NCBI GenBank assembly: GCA_035263065.1
Contig: DATFRS010000337.1
Coordinates: 1-53,994, forward strand
DNA length: 53,994 nt
Direction: 5' to 3'
From: Rhodanobacteraceae bacterium
GTDB lineage: Bacteria; Pseudomonadota; Gammaproteobacteria; Xanthomonadales; Rhodanobacteraceae
The position numbers and the translations under genes are program-made. This document shows, piece after piece, positions 27,589 to 39,133 of this stretch. The notes below the pieces were generated by a model. The model had not been told where the DNA came from. It made no database searches and saw only the letters and a program-made list of their open reading frames with translations. Positions within the stretch are counted from its first letter, which is position 1. Each line of letters starts with the position of its first letter.

Positions 27589-28826
27589 GCGCCGCGCGCG
27601 TGCGGCCGGTCGCGCGCAAGCGCACGGCGGCGCGCGCACCCGCACGCAAGCCGACGCCGTCGCCGGTCGCATCGGCAGCGCGCTACGAGACCGTCGCGCT
27701 CGTGCTGCAGGGCGGCGGTGCGCTCGGCGCGTACCAGTGCGGCGTCTACGAATCGCTGCATCGCGCCGGCATCGTGCCGAACTGGTTCGCCGGCACGTCG
27801 ATCGGCGCGATCAACGCGGCGATCCTCGCCGGCAACGCGCCGGAGCATCGCGTCGATCGGCTGCACGAATTCTGGAACACGATCTGCGAGCCGGCCGGCG
27901 CGTTCGCATGGCCGTCGGCGTCGGCGATGCGCGATGCACTCGCGTGGCTGCCGCCGAACAGCGCGCTCAGCGCGTGGATGGGCGCGCTGTCGGCGCTCGG
28001 CGCGCTCGTGCAGGGACAGCGCGGCTTCTTCATGCCGCGCACCGTGTCGCCGTTCGGTCAGATGCCCGGCAGCGACGCGGCGACGAGCTTCTACGACACC
28101 GCGCCGCTCGAGGCGACGCTCGGGCGCCTCGTCGATTTCGATCGCATCAACGCCGGCGGCGTGCGGCTCACGGTCGGCGCGACCAACGTCGCGACCGGCA
28201 ACTTCCGCTACTTCGATTCGGCGATCGATCGCATCGGCCCCGAGCACATCATGGCTTCGGGCGCGCTGCCGCCCGCGTTTCCGGCGACCGTCATCGACGG
28301 CGAGCACTACTGGGACGGCGGCGTCGTGTCGAACACGCCGCTCGAATATCTCCTCGAATCGACGCCGCGGCGCGACACGCTCGTGTTCCAGGTGGATCTC
28401 TGGAGCGCACGCGGAATCCTGCCGCGCACGCTGCTCGACGTGCTCGAACGGCAGAAGGACATCCAGTACTCGAGCCGCACGCGCATGGGCACGGACGCGG
28501 TCGCCGCGCGACAGCGCCTGCGCAACGCGCTCGGCCTCCTGCTCGAAGCGATTCCGAAGAAGCACCTGCCGGCGCGCGTCGCCGACGACCTCGCGCCGTG
28601 GCTGTGCGACAAGGTGTTCAACATCGTGCACCTCATCTATCGCGCCAAGCCCTACGAGGAGCAGTTCAAGGACTACGCGTTCGGCGCCGGCGCGATGCGC
28701 GAGCACTGGTCGCAAGGTGTCGAAGACATGACAAGGAGCCTCGACCACCCGGAATTCTTCGTGCCGCCGCCGCGCGAAGTCGGCGTCGTCACGCACGACA
28801 TCCATCGCGGCGAAAACACCGCGTAA
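27585..28826 (+). CDS. Patatin-like phospholipase/esterase with DUF3734-like C-terminus
   Basis: [30 protein letters not shown]; ATGA overlap with bdhA. Confidence 0.92.
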   Translation: MSAARVRPVARKRTAARAPARKPTPSPVASAARYETVALVLQGGGALGAYQCGVYESLHRAGIVPNWFAGTSIGAINAAILAGNAPEHRVDRLHEFWNTICEPAGAFAWPSASAMRDALAWLPPNSALSAWMGALSALGALVQGQRGFFMPRTVSPFGQMPGSDAATSFYDTAPLEATLGRLVDFDRINAGGVRLTVGATNVATGNFRYFDSAIDRIGPEHIMASGALPPAFPATVIDGEHYWDGGVVSNTPLEYLLESTPRRDTLVFQVDLWSARGILPRTLLDVLERQKDIQYSSRTRMGTDAVAARQRLRNALGLLLEAIPKKHLPARVADDLAPWLCDKVFNIVHLIYRAKPYEEQFKDYAFGAGAMREHWSQGVEDMTRSLDHPEFFVPPPREVGVVTHDIHRGENTA

Positions 28827-28877
28827 TCGAACGTAAAGAGGGCTGCGCCGGCACGCCGGGCGCGCGATGATAACGGC

Positions 28878-29207
28878 ATGAGCGCGGATCTCATCGATCG
28901 GTTGCGCGCGCAGCTCGGCGGGCCGCGCGACGGCGCGCTGTTGCGTTTTTCGCTCGGCACCGCGCTGCTCTCTCACGGCGATGCGCCGGGCGCGATCACC
29001 GCGTTCCGCGAAGCGGTCGGCTTCGACCAGACGTATTCGGCGGCGTGGAAGATGCTCGGCAAGGCGCTTGCCGAGAACGGCGACGCGAACGGTGCGCGCG
29101 ATGCGTACCGGCAGGGACTCGACGTCGCGCGCACGCGCGGCGACAAGCAGGTCGAGAAGGAGATCGGCGTGTTCCTGCGGCGGCTCGAAAAAACCGGCAC
29201 GCGTTGA
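28878..29207 (+). CDS. Small tetratricopeptide-repeat protein
   Basis: LLRFSLG...YSAAWKMLGKAL...AYRQG...GDKQVEKEIGVFLRRL. Confidence 0.85.
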   Translation: MSADLIDRLRAQLGGPRDGALLRFSLGTALLSHGDAPGAITAFREAVGFDQTYSAAWKMLGKALAENGDANGARDAYRQGLDVARTRGDKQVEKEIGVFLRRLEKTGTR

Positions 29208-29224
29208 CGCAGCGTGTCCCCCGC

Positions 29225-29324
29225 CGTCATCCCGGCGGAAGCCGGGATCCGCGTTGACGTTGCTCTTTGTCGCTCTCCGCCGAAATCCAAATCAAAATGG
29301 ATCCCGGCTTTCGCCGGGATGACG
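29225..29324. repeat. REP doublet (REPIN) of the CGTC family
   Basis: CGTCATCCCGGCGGAAGCCGGGATCC (29225-29250) and an inverted copy at 29299-29324 with one mismatch; lies between convergent genes. Confidence 0.88.
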
Positions 29325-30266
29325 AAGTGGGGAAACGGAAGCGGCGTGCGGAGCTGCATCATCCGGAAACCGCTTGTACGTCCACTGATACTGCGCGAAC
29401 GCGTGCTCGACGCAGCGCTCGACGCCGCGATTCAGCGCAGCGCAGGCGGCGTCGATGTCCTCGTCGGCGATCGCCGGCGGCGCTTCGAGAAAGCGCAGAC
29501 GAAATCCGCGACCGCGCGGCAAGCGCTCGCAGAACGCGAACAGCACGACCGCGCCGGTGCTTCGCGCGAGCCGCGACAGCAGCACCATCGTCAGCGCCGG
29601 CACGCCGAAGAACGGCGCGAGGACGCCTTCGCCCTGCTTCGGCCGCTGGTCGGGCAGGATGCCGACGACGCCGCCGGCGGCAAGACGCCGATAGAGCGCA
29701 CGCACGCCGGCGCCCGACGCGCGCACCTGCTCGACCGGCAGGTTGCCGCGCACCTTGATCAGGAGCGGCTCGATCGACGCCTGCCGCGGCGGGCGGTAGA
29801 CGATCGAGAGCGGCGTGCGCGCGGCGAGCCAGTAGTTGAGGAGCTCCCAGCAGCCGAGATGCGGCGCCGCGACGACGAGCCCCTTGCCGCCGGCGCGCGC
29901 CGCGTCGAACAACGCTTCGCCCTCGATCTCGCGGACGAGCGCGAGGGCCCGTTCGGGCGGCCGGCCCCAGATCGTCGCGGTCTCGGCGATCGCCTTGCCG
30001 GTCTCGACGAGGGTCTCGCGCGCGAGCCTGTGTCTGGATTCGGCGTCGTTTTGCGTTAGTACAAGGGACAGGTTGCGCTCGGCGGTACGCCGGGCGCGGC
30101 CGTGCAGCATCCACAGGAGTCGCCCGACGAGCGCGCCGATCGCGTGCACGACGGGCAGCGGCAGGACGCCGACGGTTCGCAAACTGCCGTAGAGCAGCGC
30201 GACGGGCCAGGACAGGCGAGCGACGTCGGACGAGGGCGGAGCGGCGGGGGCGCGACGACCGGGCAT
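29292..30266 (-). CDS. Lipid A late acyltransferase (LpxL/HtrB family)
   Basis: APHLGCWE (H-x4-E), VYRP, LPDQ, APFFG, QYQWTYKRF; start uncertain. Confidence 0.9.
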   Translation of the reverse strand: MPGRRAPAAPPSSDVARLSWPVALLYGSLRTVGVLPLPVVHAIGALVGRLLWMLHGRARRTAERNLSLVLTQNDAESRHRLARETLVETGKAIAETATIWGRPPERALALVREIEGEALFDAARAGGKGLVVAAPHLGCWELLNYWLAARTPLSIVYRPPRQASIEPLLIKVRGNLPVEQVRASGAGVRALYRRLAAGGVVGILPDQRPKQGEGVLAPFFGVPALTMVLLSRLARSTGAVVLFAFCERLPRGRGFRLRFLEAPPAIADEDIDAACAALNRGVERCVEHAFAQYQWTYKRFPDDAAPHAASVSPLRHPGESRDPF

Positions 30267-30427
30267 CGATTCGAGTCGTAAAGGGCGAAAAGTAAAGCTT
30301 TGTCGCGGGACGCCCGATTGTCGCAGACCTTGTCGCAGAACCCGATCGACGAGCTCTCGCCGCATTGGCGGGCACCGCTACGGGATAAGCTCCATGCTCC
30401 GGGATCCGCAAAGAACCGCCGTCGCCG

Positions 30428-30868
30428 ATGATCGCTCTCATCCAGCGCGTTTCGCGCGCGCATGTCGAAGTGGACGGCGAGACGGTCGGCGCGATCGAGT
30501 CGGGGCTCCTGGCGCTCGTCGCGGTGCAGCCGGGAGACGGCGAGGCGCAGGTCGAGCGGCTGCTGGAGCGCCTGCTCGGCTATCGTGTGTTCGGCGATGC
30601 CGAGGGGCGCATGAACCTGTCGCTCGCGGATACCGGCGGCGGGCTCCTGCTCGTCTCGCAGTTCACGCTCGCGGCGGATACGAAAAAGGGCATGCGGCCG
30701 GGTTTCAGCACGGCGGCGGCGCCGGCCGATGCGGAACGCGGGTTCGCCCGGCTGGTCGAACGGGCCAGAGCTCGGCATCCGCGGGTGGAAATCGGGCGTT
30801 TCGGCGCCCATATGAAGGTCCATCTCGTGAACGACGGGCCCGTCACGTTCTGGCTCGAAGCGCACTGA
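30428..30868 (+). CDS. dtd: D-aminoacyl-tRNA deacylase
   Basis: [23 protein letters not shown]. Confidence 0.97.
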   Translation: MIALIQRVSRAHVEVDGETVGAIESGLLALVAVQPGDGEAQVERLLERLLGYRVFGDAEGRMNLSLADTGGGLLLVSQFTLAADTKKGMRPGFSTAAAPADAERGFARLVERARARHPRVEIGRFGAHMKVHLVNDGPVTFWLEAH

Positions 30869-31034
30869 GGCGCAGCGGAAGCGGCCCCTGCGGCAGGCGA
30901 TGGCGCCCGTCGCGACCACCTTGAACAGCGCCAAGCGGCGAGCCGAATGCCTACGAAGGAAGGCTCCGAATCGCCCTTGACGCGGCTCCTATACTTCCTT
31001 TCCTCCGCCGAAATTCGATCCCTCCGGAACATCC

Positions 31035-32885
<1,851 letters not shown>

Positions 32886-32908
32886 GCACATTTCACGCGT
32901 GCATGAAG

Positions 32909-32936
32909 AAGGGTGGCGCAAGCCACCCTTTTTTTT
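32909..32936 (+). terminator. rpoD intrinsic terminator
   Basis: AAGGGTGGC-GCAA-GCCACCCTT followed by a T tract. Confidence 0.9.
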
Positions 32937-32977
32937 CGTTATACGGACGGTCGTTTTTCCACAGGGAGGTTCCTGCC

Positions 32978-33358
32978 TTGAAAGCCCCGCTCTTTGCGCT
33001 CGCCCTCGTGCTGCCGGCCGCCGCAGAATCCGCCGCCGTCCCGTGCGCCGTCAGCGTCACCGGCGATCCGCTAGTCATCCGCATGGGCAAGGACGAATTC
33101 CGCATCGCGTTCGGCGTGACCGCCGATGCGTGCGACACCGCCGGCTGCGCCGGCGCGATCCGCTACAAGGCCGCATGGCGCGCCGACGACGGCACCGACG
33201 GCATCGACGAGAAGGTGCTCCGCTACGACATCCCGAGCGGCGCGCGCCGCTCGATCGCGGTCGATCGTCACTATTTCGATTCGCGCGAGGGCGGGCACAC
33301 GACCGACCTCGTCGAGGTCGCGATCGAGGACGTGACCTGTACGCTCGCGCCGGAGTGA
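32978..33358 (+). CDS. Small secreted hypothetical protein with 4 Cys
   Basis: RBS GGGAGG then TTG 32978; signal-peptide-like (M)KAPLFALALVLPAAAESAA; host-like codon usage. Confidence 0.7.
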   Translation: MKAPLFALALVLPAAAESAAVPCAVSVTGDPLVIRMGKDEFRIAFGVTADACDTAGCAGAIRYKAAWRADDGTDGIDEKVLRYDIPSGARRSIAVDRHYFDSREGGHTTDLVEVAIEDVTCTLAPE

Positions 33359-33377
33359 CGGCGCGAGGCAGTCGATC

Positions 33378-33752
33378 TCAACCGACGTCGTAGAAGAACT
33401 GCTCGCGAACGATCTTGCCGTTCCTGACGTGGTACACGCAGATCTCCTGCATGTTCACGCGGCCACGCTGATCCTTGAACGTCGCATCCATCGTCATCGT
33501 GACGGCGAACCAGTTGCCGCACACGATCGGATCGCCGACGCTGCCGCCGTGCACTTCCTTGATGCTGTCGTTGAACTCGCGCCCCTTCTTGCGGATCGCG
33601 TCCATGCCCTTGACGCCGCTCGCGCCCGGCATCATCGAGCCCGGTGCCTCTACGCTCTCGGCGTCGGCCGCGTAGAGCTCGTTCTGCGCCTGATCGCCCT
33701 TGCCCTCGCGGCAAAGCTCGACGAGGCGGCGGGCCACCTGTTCGGTATTCAT
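33378..33752 (-). CDS. SnoaL/NTF2-like protein
   Basis: VARRLVELCREG...LYAADAESVE...EICVYHVRNGKIVREQFFY; RBS AAGGAG. Confidence 0.88.
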   Translation of the reverse strand: MNTEQVARRLVELCREGKGDQAQNELYAADAESVEAPGSMMPGASGVKGMDAIRKKGREFNDSIKEVHGGSVGDPIVCGNWFAVTMTMDATFKDQRGRVNMQEICVYHVRNGKIVREQFFYDVG

Positions 33753-33859
33753 GGCGATGCTCCTTGTGTTGGAAACGGGAGCAGCCTAGTCCGCGCCTGC
33801 TGACCGCGTGATGTCAGCAGGTTTGGTCCCGCAACCTCGGCTCGCTATCATTTCGCGAC

Positions 33860-33936
<77 letters not shown>

Positions 33937-34213
33937 AGCTCGCAGTCAGTCGCAGGACAGACCGGCAGGCAGTGTCAGTCGCGTGAGATCCATGTGCCCG
34001 GTTCCGTACGCCGTCGAGGCGTATTGCCCGGTGCATTTCACGCGCCCGTGATTGCAGTCGGTGCACTGGAACGTCAGCGACCGGCGGCCACTTCGGTGCC
34101 AGTAGGATTACTGTCGACAGCACCCTCGCTTTGGTATCAACCTCTGGCGCGTGGGTGGCGGGCCCGCCCACGCGCCCCGGAATGCCTCGACCTCCACGCC
34201 GAGGGGGATGGCC

Positions 34214-35317
34214 ATGCTGCCGACACAGACGGAAACGAAAGCGCTGTCGCGCGAGCTGCTCGACGTCATGATCCGCACGGGCCTCATCGCCGGACTCGTG
34301 GTCTTCTGCTTCCAGATCTTCTATCCGTTCCTGCACCTGATGCTCTGGTCGGTGATCCTCGCGGTCACGCTCTACCCGTTGCACGTCCGACTCCGCGGCA
34401 AGCTTGGCGGTCGTGACGGCCGTGCGGCGACGCTGCTCGTGACGATCGGCATCGCCGTGCTGCTCGTGCCGCTCTGGTTCCTCGGCGCGTCGATGACGGA
34501 CTCCGTGCAGAACGCGCTGGCGACGGTCCGGAGCGGCGACTTCAAGATTCCGCCGCCTGCCGAGTCGGTCGCCGGGTGGCCGCTGATCGGCAAGCGCGTC
34601 TACGATTTCTGGCTGCAGGCGACCGCCGACCTCACCGGCCTCGCACAGAAATTCCTTCCGCAGCTGAGGGACGCCGGTCTCGTCGTGCTCGGCAAGCTCG
34701 CGGGCCTCGGCCTCGGACTCCTGATGTTCGTCGTCGCGCTGATCATCGCGGCCGTGATCATGGCGTACGGCGAGCGCGGCGCGGACAGCGCCTTCAGGAT
34801 CGCCTCGCGCCTCTCCGGGCCGGACCGCGCGCTCAAGATCACGCGGCTCTGCACGGCGACGATCCGCGCCGTCGCGCTCGGCGTCGTCGGCATCGCGTTC
34901 ATCCAGATGCTGCTGATCGGCATCGGCTTCGCGGTGATGGGCATTCCGGGGGCCGGCCTTCTCGCACTCGCGGTCCTGCTGCTCGGCATCATGCAATTGC
35001 CGGCGACGCTGATCACGCTGCCGATCATCGTCTTCGTCTTCCTCACGCGCGGTGCGGACGTCGCGACGATCGTCTTCGCGATCTACATCTTCATCGCCGG
35101 CCTCGCCGACAACGTGCTGAAGCCGCTGATGCTCGGCCGCGGCGTTGCGGTGCCGATGCCGGTCGTGCTCATCGGCGCGCTCGGCGGCATGGTCACGAGC
35201 GGCATCATCGGTCTGTTCATCGGTCCCGTGATCCTCGCAGTCGGCTACGAGCTCTTCTGGCAATGGGTCGACGAGCAGCCGCCGCCGGTCGTCGCGCGCG
35301 AGCAGAAGCAAAGCTGA
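34214..35317 (+). CDS. AI-2E family transporter
   Basis: Multi-TM protein; PFLHLMLWSVILAVTLYP, DNVLKPLMLGRG, GIIGLFIGPVILA; RBS GAGGGGG. Confidence 0.92.
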   Translation: MLPTQTETKALSRELLDVMIRTGLIAGLVVFCFQIFYPFLHLMLWSVILAVTLYPLHVRLRGKLGGRDGRAATLLVTIGIAVLLVPLWFLGASMTDSVQNALATVRSGDFKIPPPAESVAGWPLIGKRVYDFWLQATADLTGLAQKFLPQLRDAGLVVLGKLAGLGLGLLMFVVALIIAAVIMAYGERGADSAFRIASRLSGPDRALKITRLCTATIRAVALGVVGIAFIQMLLIGIGFAVMGIPGAGLLALAVLLLGIMQLPATLITLPIIVFVFLTRGADVATIVFAIYIFIAGLADNVLKPLMLGRGVAVPMPVVLIGALGGMVTSGIIGLFIGPVILAVGYELFWQWVDEQPPPVVAREQKQS

Positions 35318-35344
35318 CGCCGGGACACCTCGAGGAACGCTCGC

Positions 35345-35779
35345 GTGCTGCGCAATCTCCTGGTCGGTATTCCCGTGATGGTGCTCTGCCTCGTGCTGCA
35401 GGCGGTGTTCGTCAGCGCGAACCTCCGCTACTTCGCGCGCTCGCGTCTCGCGCGCGAGAATCGCTGGTCGCAGTGGCAGGAAATCGTCCTGCTCTCCGTC
35501 GTGATGCTGCTGATGCTGGTCTCGAATCTCGCGCAGATGGTCATCTGGGCGCTCGTCTTTATCGTGCTCGGCGAGTTCGGCGATTTCACCACCGCGCTCT
35601 ACCACTCGGCCGTCAACTTCGTGACGCTCGGCTACGGCGACATCGTCATGACCGATCCGTGGCGCTTCCTCGGCCCGCTCGAATCGGTCAACGGCATTCT
35701 GATGTTCGGCATCTCGACGGCGGTGATGACCGCCGCGATCCTCGATGTCGTCAAGCATCGGATGACGAAGCCGCCGTGA
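35345..35779 (+). CDS. Small potassium-channel-family protein (Ion_trans_2-like)
   Basis: ALYHSAVNFVTLGYGDI pore helix and selectivity filter flanked by TM helices; RBS GAGGA before the GTG. Confidence 0.88.
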   Translation: MLRNLLVGIPVMVLCLVLQAVFVSANLRYFARSRLARENRWSQWQEIVLLSVVMLLMLVSNLAQMVIWALVFIVLGEFGDFTTALYHSAVNFVTLGYGDIVMTDPWRFLGPLESVNGILMFGISTAVMTAAILDVVKHRMTKPP

Positions 35780-35815
35780 AGCATCGGCGCGCACCTCCGC
35801 GCGCGGCCGGCTTTG

Positions 35816-38452
35816 TCACGGCGGCGACGCCGTCGCCTCGAGTTGCCGCCTGGCGGTCTCGTACTCGACGCGGTCGTGATCCTTGAGACCGCCTGCCGCG
35901 TCGAGCGCCTGCCACTGCGCCACCGCCTGCGCGTAGAGAGAGCGCGCTCGTTCGCGCTCGCCGTCTTCGCTCGCCCACGCAGCCTGCGCCTGATACGTCA
36001 CCGCGACGTCGCGGCGCGCGCCGAGATCGCCGGGCGCGGCTTCGACGATCCGCAGGCGCACCTTCAGCGCTTCGCCCATCGCCGCGTCGGCGGCGCCTGC
36101 GTGCCTGAGGCCGCGCTCGGCGTTGCCGATGCGCCAGTGGCTGTTCGCGACGGCGCTCAGCACGCCCGAGCTTTCCGGCGCGAGCGCGAGCAGGCGCTGC
36201 TGCAGCGCCAGCGCCTCCCGGTAGCGCGCCACCGCGTCGTCGGGACGATGCTCGGCCTGTGCGACATCGCCGAGCTTGTTGGTCGCGAGCGCGACGTCGC
36301 TCAACGCCTGCGCATCGGCCGGATCGAGCGCGAGCCGGCGGCTCGCATTGTCGAGGCCGCGCCGGTACGCGGCCTGCGCATCGCGGGTCGAGACGTCGAT
36401 GAGGTTTTCGCCGAACTGAAGCTCCGCGACCAGCAGGGCATGGCCGGCGGCGGCCTCCTGCGGCTCGGCCGCCACGATCGCCTGCAGTCGCCCGACCGCG
36501 CGGCCGAGCGCGGCACGCGCGGCGTCGCCGCGATCCTGCCAGCCGAGCGCGTTGCCGAGCCGCGCTTCGGATTCACCGAGAAACAGCGCGTAACCGGCGG
36601 CGTCGGCATCGCGTGCCAGACCGCGCTCCAGTGTCGCGATGATCGCCTCGTACGCGGCGATCGCCGCGTCGAGCTTTCCGTTCCACGAATCGATGTCGGC
36701 GAGCCCGCGCTTCGCGGCGAGCACGACCAGATCGAGCGAGGCGTCATTCTCGCGACGCGCGGCGAGCGATTCCGCGGACGCGAGCGCGCGACGATAGCGC
36801 GCCGCGGCGCCATCGAGGTCGCCGGTCCAGTACAGGATGCCGCCCGCGCCGAGGTCCGTGCGCGCGCTCTCCTCGGCAAGATCGGCGTCGCCGGGACGCT
36901 GCGCCCGTGCGCCGTCGAGCAGCGCCGTCGCGCGCGCGTAGCTCGCGAGCGCTTCGGCGCTCCGGCCGAGATTCGCGTACCCCTGACGGCCCTGGTCGTC
37001 GCCGAGCGTGCGGTAGGCGCGCGCGAATTCGAGCGCGAGCTCCGGCCGCTCGCGGGCCGTCGGCGCGAGATCGTCGAGATAGCCCATCGCCTCGGCGGTC
37101 AGGCGCGAGCGCAGCGCCGTCGTGCCGGGCAGGTGCGCCAGCGCGCTGTGCACGTCGACGAGCAAGAGGTTCGCCAGGCGCCGCACTTCGCCGAGCCGCG
37201 CCTCGGCTTCGCGCCGCTGCTGCTCGGCGACGTGCGCCTGCCAGACGACCGCGGCGAGGCCGACGCCGAGCGCAAGCAGCGCGACGATCGTCGCTGCAAG
37301 CCCGTACCGGTGACGCCGCGCGAACTTGCCGGCTCGGTAGTGCCACGTCGCGGGCCGCGCGCGCACGGGACGTCCGCCGAGATGCCGCTCGACGTCGTCG
37401 GCGAAGTCGGCGACGCTCGCGTAGCGATGCGCGGGCTCCTTCGCAAGCGCCTTGGCGAGCACGCGATCGAGATCGCCGCGGAGCTCCCTCGCGGCAGCAC
37501 CGGAGGCGACGCTGCTCGCTCGCGGCGGAATCGCGTCGCGGATGCGCTCGGCCGATTCGGCGAGCGCACAGCCGTCGAGCGGGATCGGCGCGCGGCCCGT
37601 GAGCAGGCGATACAGCAGCACGCCGAGCTGGTACACGTCGGTCGCCGTCGTGATCGCGCCGCCGCCGATCTGCTCCGGTGCGGTGTATTCGGGCGTGCCG
37701 AGCCACGCCTGCGTGCGCGTCTCGGTGCCGGAAACGGCCTCGAGCGCAAGCAGCTTGGCGACGCCGAAGTCGAGCAGCTTGATCGCGCCGTCGCCGCCGA
37801 CGAGGATGTTGCCGGGCTTGAGATCGCGGTGCACGAGCAGATGACGATGCGCGTGCTGCACGGCCGCCGCGACGTCGACGAAGAGCCGCAGGCGCGTCGC
37901 GACATCCGCCCCGCACCGTGCGCACCACGCATCGATCGGCTCGCCTTCGACGTATTCCATCGCGAACCATGGCACGCCCTCGGCCGTCGTGCCGGCGTCG
38001 ATCAGCCGCGCGATCGCCGGATGCTCGAGCGCGGCGAGGGCGCGCCGCTCTGCGTCGAAGCGGCGCTGCCAGTCCGGCGACGCCATGCCGCTCGCGGCGA
38101 TCAGCTTGATCGCGACGTTCTGCTCGAACGCGCCGTCGACGCGCACGGCGAAGAGCACGCGCCCCATGCCGCCCGCGCCGAGCTCGCGCTCGACGCGCCA
38201 CGGCCCGATCCGGCGGCCGGCCCAGTCGCCGCGGCGATCGAGATCGCGCCGCTCGCGCTCGAGCGCCGCGACGATCGCGGGGCTCGATGCCGCGTGCGCT
38301 TCGAGAAGCCGCCGCAACCGATCGTGCATCGCCGGCGATTCGCTGCGCAGCGCCGCGAGCAGTGCCTCGCGTGCAGCCGGCGCGAGATCGAGGGCTTCGT
38401 GGAACAGCGCCTTCAGCCGCTCGCGCGAGACGTCGGCCGGCTCAGCGCTCAT
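35816..38452 (-). CDS. Membrane-anchored Ser/Thr protein kinase with TPR-like C-terminus (PknS/PknT-like)
   Basis: LGAGGMGRV, VAIK, HRDLKPGN, DFGVA, GTPEYTAPE, DLDRVLAKALAKEPAHRY; TM helix YGLAATIVALLALGVGLAAVVW. Confidence 0.94.
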   Translation of the reverse strand: MSAEPADVSRERLKALFHEALDLAPAAREALLAALRSESPAMHDRLRRLLEAHAASSPAIVAALERERRDLDRRGDWAGRRIGPWRVERELGAGGMGRVLFAVRVDGAFEQNVAIKLIAASGMASPDWQRRFDAERRALAALEHPAIARLIDAGTTAEGVPWFAMEYVEGEPIDAWCARCGADVATRLRLFVDVAAAVQHAHRHLLVHRDLKPGNILVGGDGAIKLLDFGVAKLLALEAVSGTETRTQAWLGTPEYTAPEQIGGGAITTATDVYQLGVLLYRLLTGRAPIPLDGCALAESAERIRDAIPPRASSVASGAAARELRGDLDRVLAKALAKEPAHRYASVADFADDVERHLGGRPVRARPATWHYRAGKFARRHRYGLAATIVALLALGVGLAAVVWQAHVAEQQRREAEARLGEVRRLANLLLVDVHSALAHLPGTTALRSRLTAEAMGYLDDLAPTARERPELALEFARAYRTLGDDQGRQGYANLGRSAEALASYARATALLDGARAQRPGDADLAEESARTDLGAGGILYWTGDLDGAAARYRRALASAESLAARRENDASLDLVVLAAKRGLADIDSWNGKLDAAIAAYEAIIATLERGLARDADAAGYALFLGESEARLGNALGWQDRGDAARAALGRAVGRLQAIVAAEPQEAAAGHALLVAELQFGENLIDVSTRDAQAAYRRGLDNASRRLALDPADAQALSDVALATNKLGDVAQAEHRPDDAVARYREALALQQRLLALAPESSGVLSAVANSHWRIGNAERGLRHAGAADAAMGEALKVRLRIVEAAPGDLGARRDVAVTYQAQAAWASEDGERERARSLYAQAVAQWQALDAAGGLKDHDRVEYETARRQLEATASPP

Positions 38453-38957
38453 CGTCGTGCAGCTCGCACTGCAGCCAGGCGAGCGCCATCGCGGCCTCGC
38501 GTTTCACGGTCGCCGCCGAGCAGCCGGCGGCCTCGGCCGTCTCCTCGATCGTGAAGCCGGCGAAGTAGCGCATCTCGACGATCAGCGCCTGCCGCGCGTC
38601 GATCGCCTCGAGGCGCGCGAGCGCCGCGTCGAGAGCGACGAGGTCGACGTCGTCGTGCGTCTGCGCGATGTCCTCGTCGAGCGTCACGCGCGCGAAGCCG
38701 GCGCCGCGCTTGTCGGCCGCTTTCGCGCGCGCATGGTCGATCAGCACCGAGCGCATGCCGCGAACCGCGAGCGCGATGATCTCGCGGCGGTCGGAAATCT
38801 CGAGCGGCGTCTTCGCGAAGCGCAGGAATACTTCGTTGACGAGCGCAGTCGGCTGCAGCGTGTGCGCGTCCTGCCCGCGCAGCGCGCCCTGCGCGAGACG
38901 GTGCAGCTCCTGATAGATCTCGGGCAGCCAGCTCGCGAACTGAGGTTGCTCGGACAC
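38442..38957 (-). CDS. ECF sigma factor, ECF43/EcfK-like
   Basis: IYQELHRLA...HTLQPTALVNE...VLIDHAR...KRG...VEMRYFAGFTIEETAE; only the 3' end of track ORF 38442..41576 is coding; RBS GAGGGG before GTG 38957 (alternative ATG 38978). Confidence 0.92.
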   Translation of the reverse strand: MSEQPQFASWLPEIYQELHRLAQGALRGQDAHTLQPTALVNEVFLRFAKTPLEISDRREIIALAVRGMRSVLIDHARAKAADKRGAGFARVTLDEDIAQTHDDVDLVALDAALARLEAIDARQALIVEMRYFAGFTIEETAEAAGCSAATVKREAAMALAWLQCELHDDER

Positions 38958-39133
38958 GCGCGCGCCCCTCGACGACATCGCGGGAGTCCGCGCGCGAGCA
39001 CGCCGAAAATGTCGCGGTTTGTCCCCCGGCGGTCCGAAGCACGGACCGTCGGCCGAGTCTAGCACCGCGTGACGGCGCGGCGAGGCCGGGCGGCGCGCGC
39101 GCGAAATGGCTCGCATGGCGGCGCCGCGTCGCC

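Noticed and set aside
26778-28826. Apparent long N-terminal extensions or fusions (patatin 682 aa, NtrY 894 aa, GT 556 aa, RsmB 513 aa, 31466..33358)
   Set aside because: The extensions overlap upstream genes out of frame; true starts are marked by RBSs or stop/start overlaps.
30977-30995. TTGACG and TATACT hexamers upstream of rpoD
   Set aside because: They are only 7 nt apart and cannot form one sigma-70 promoter.
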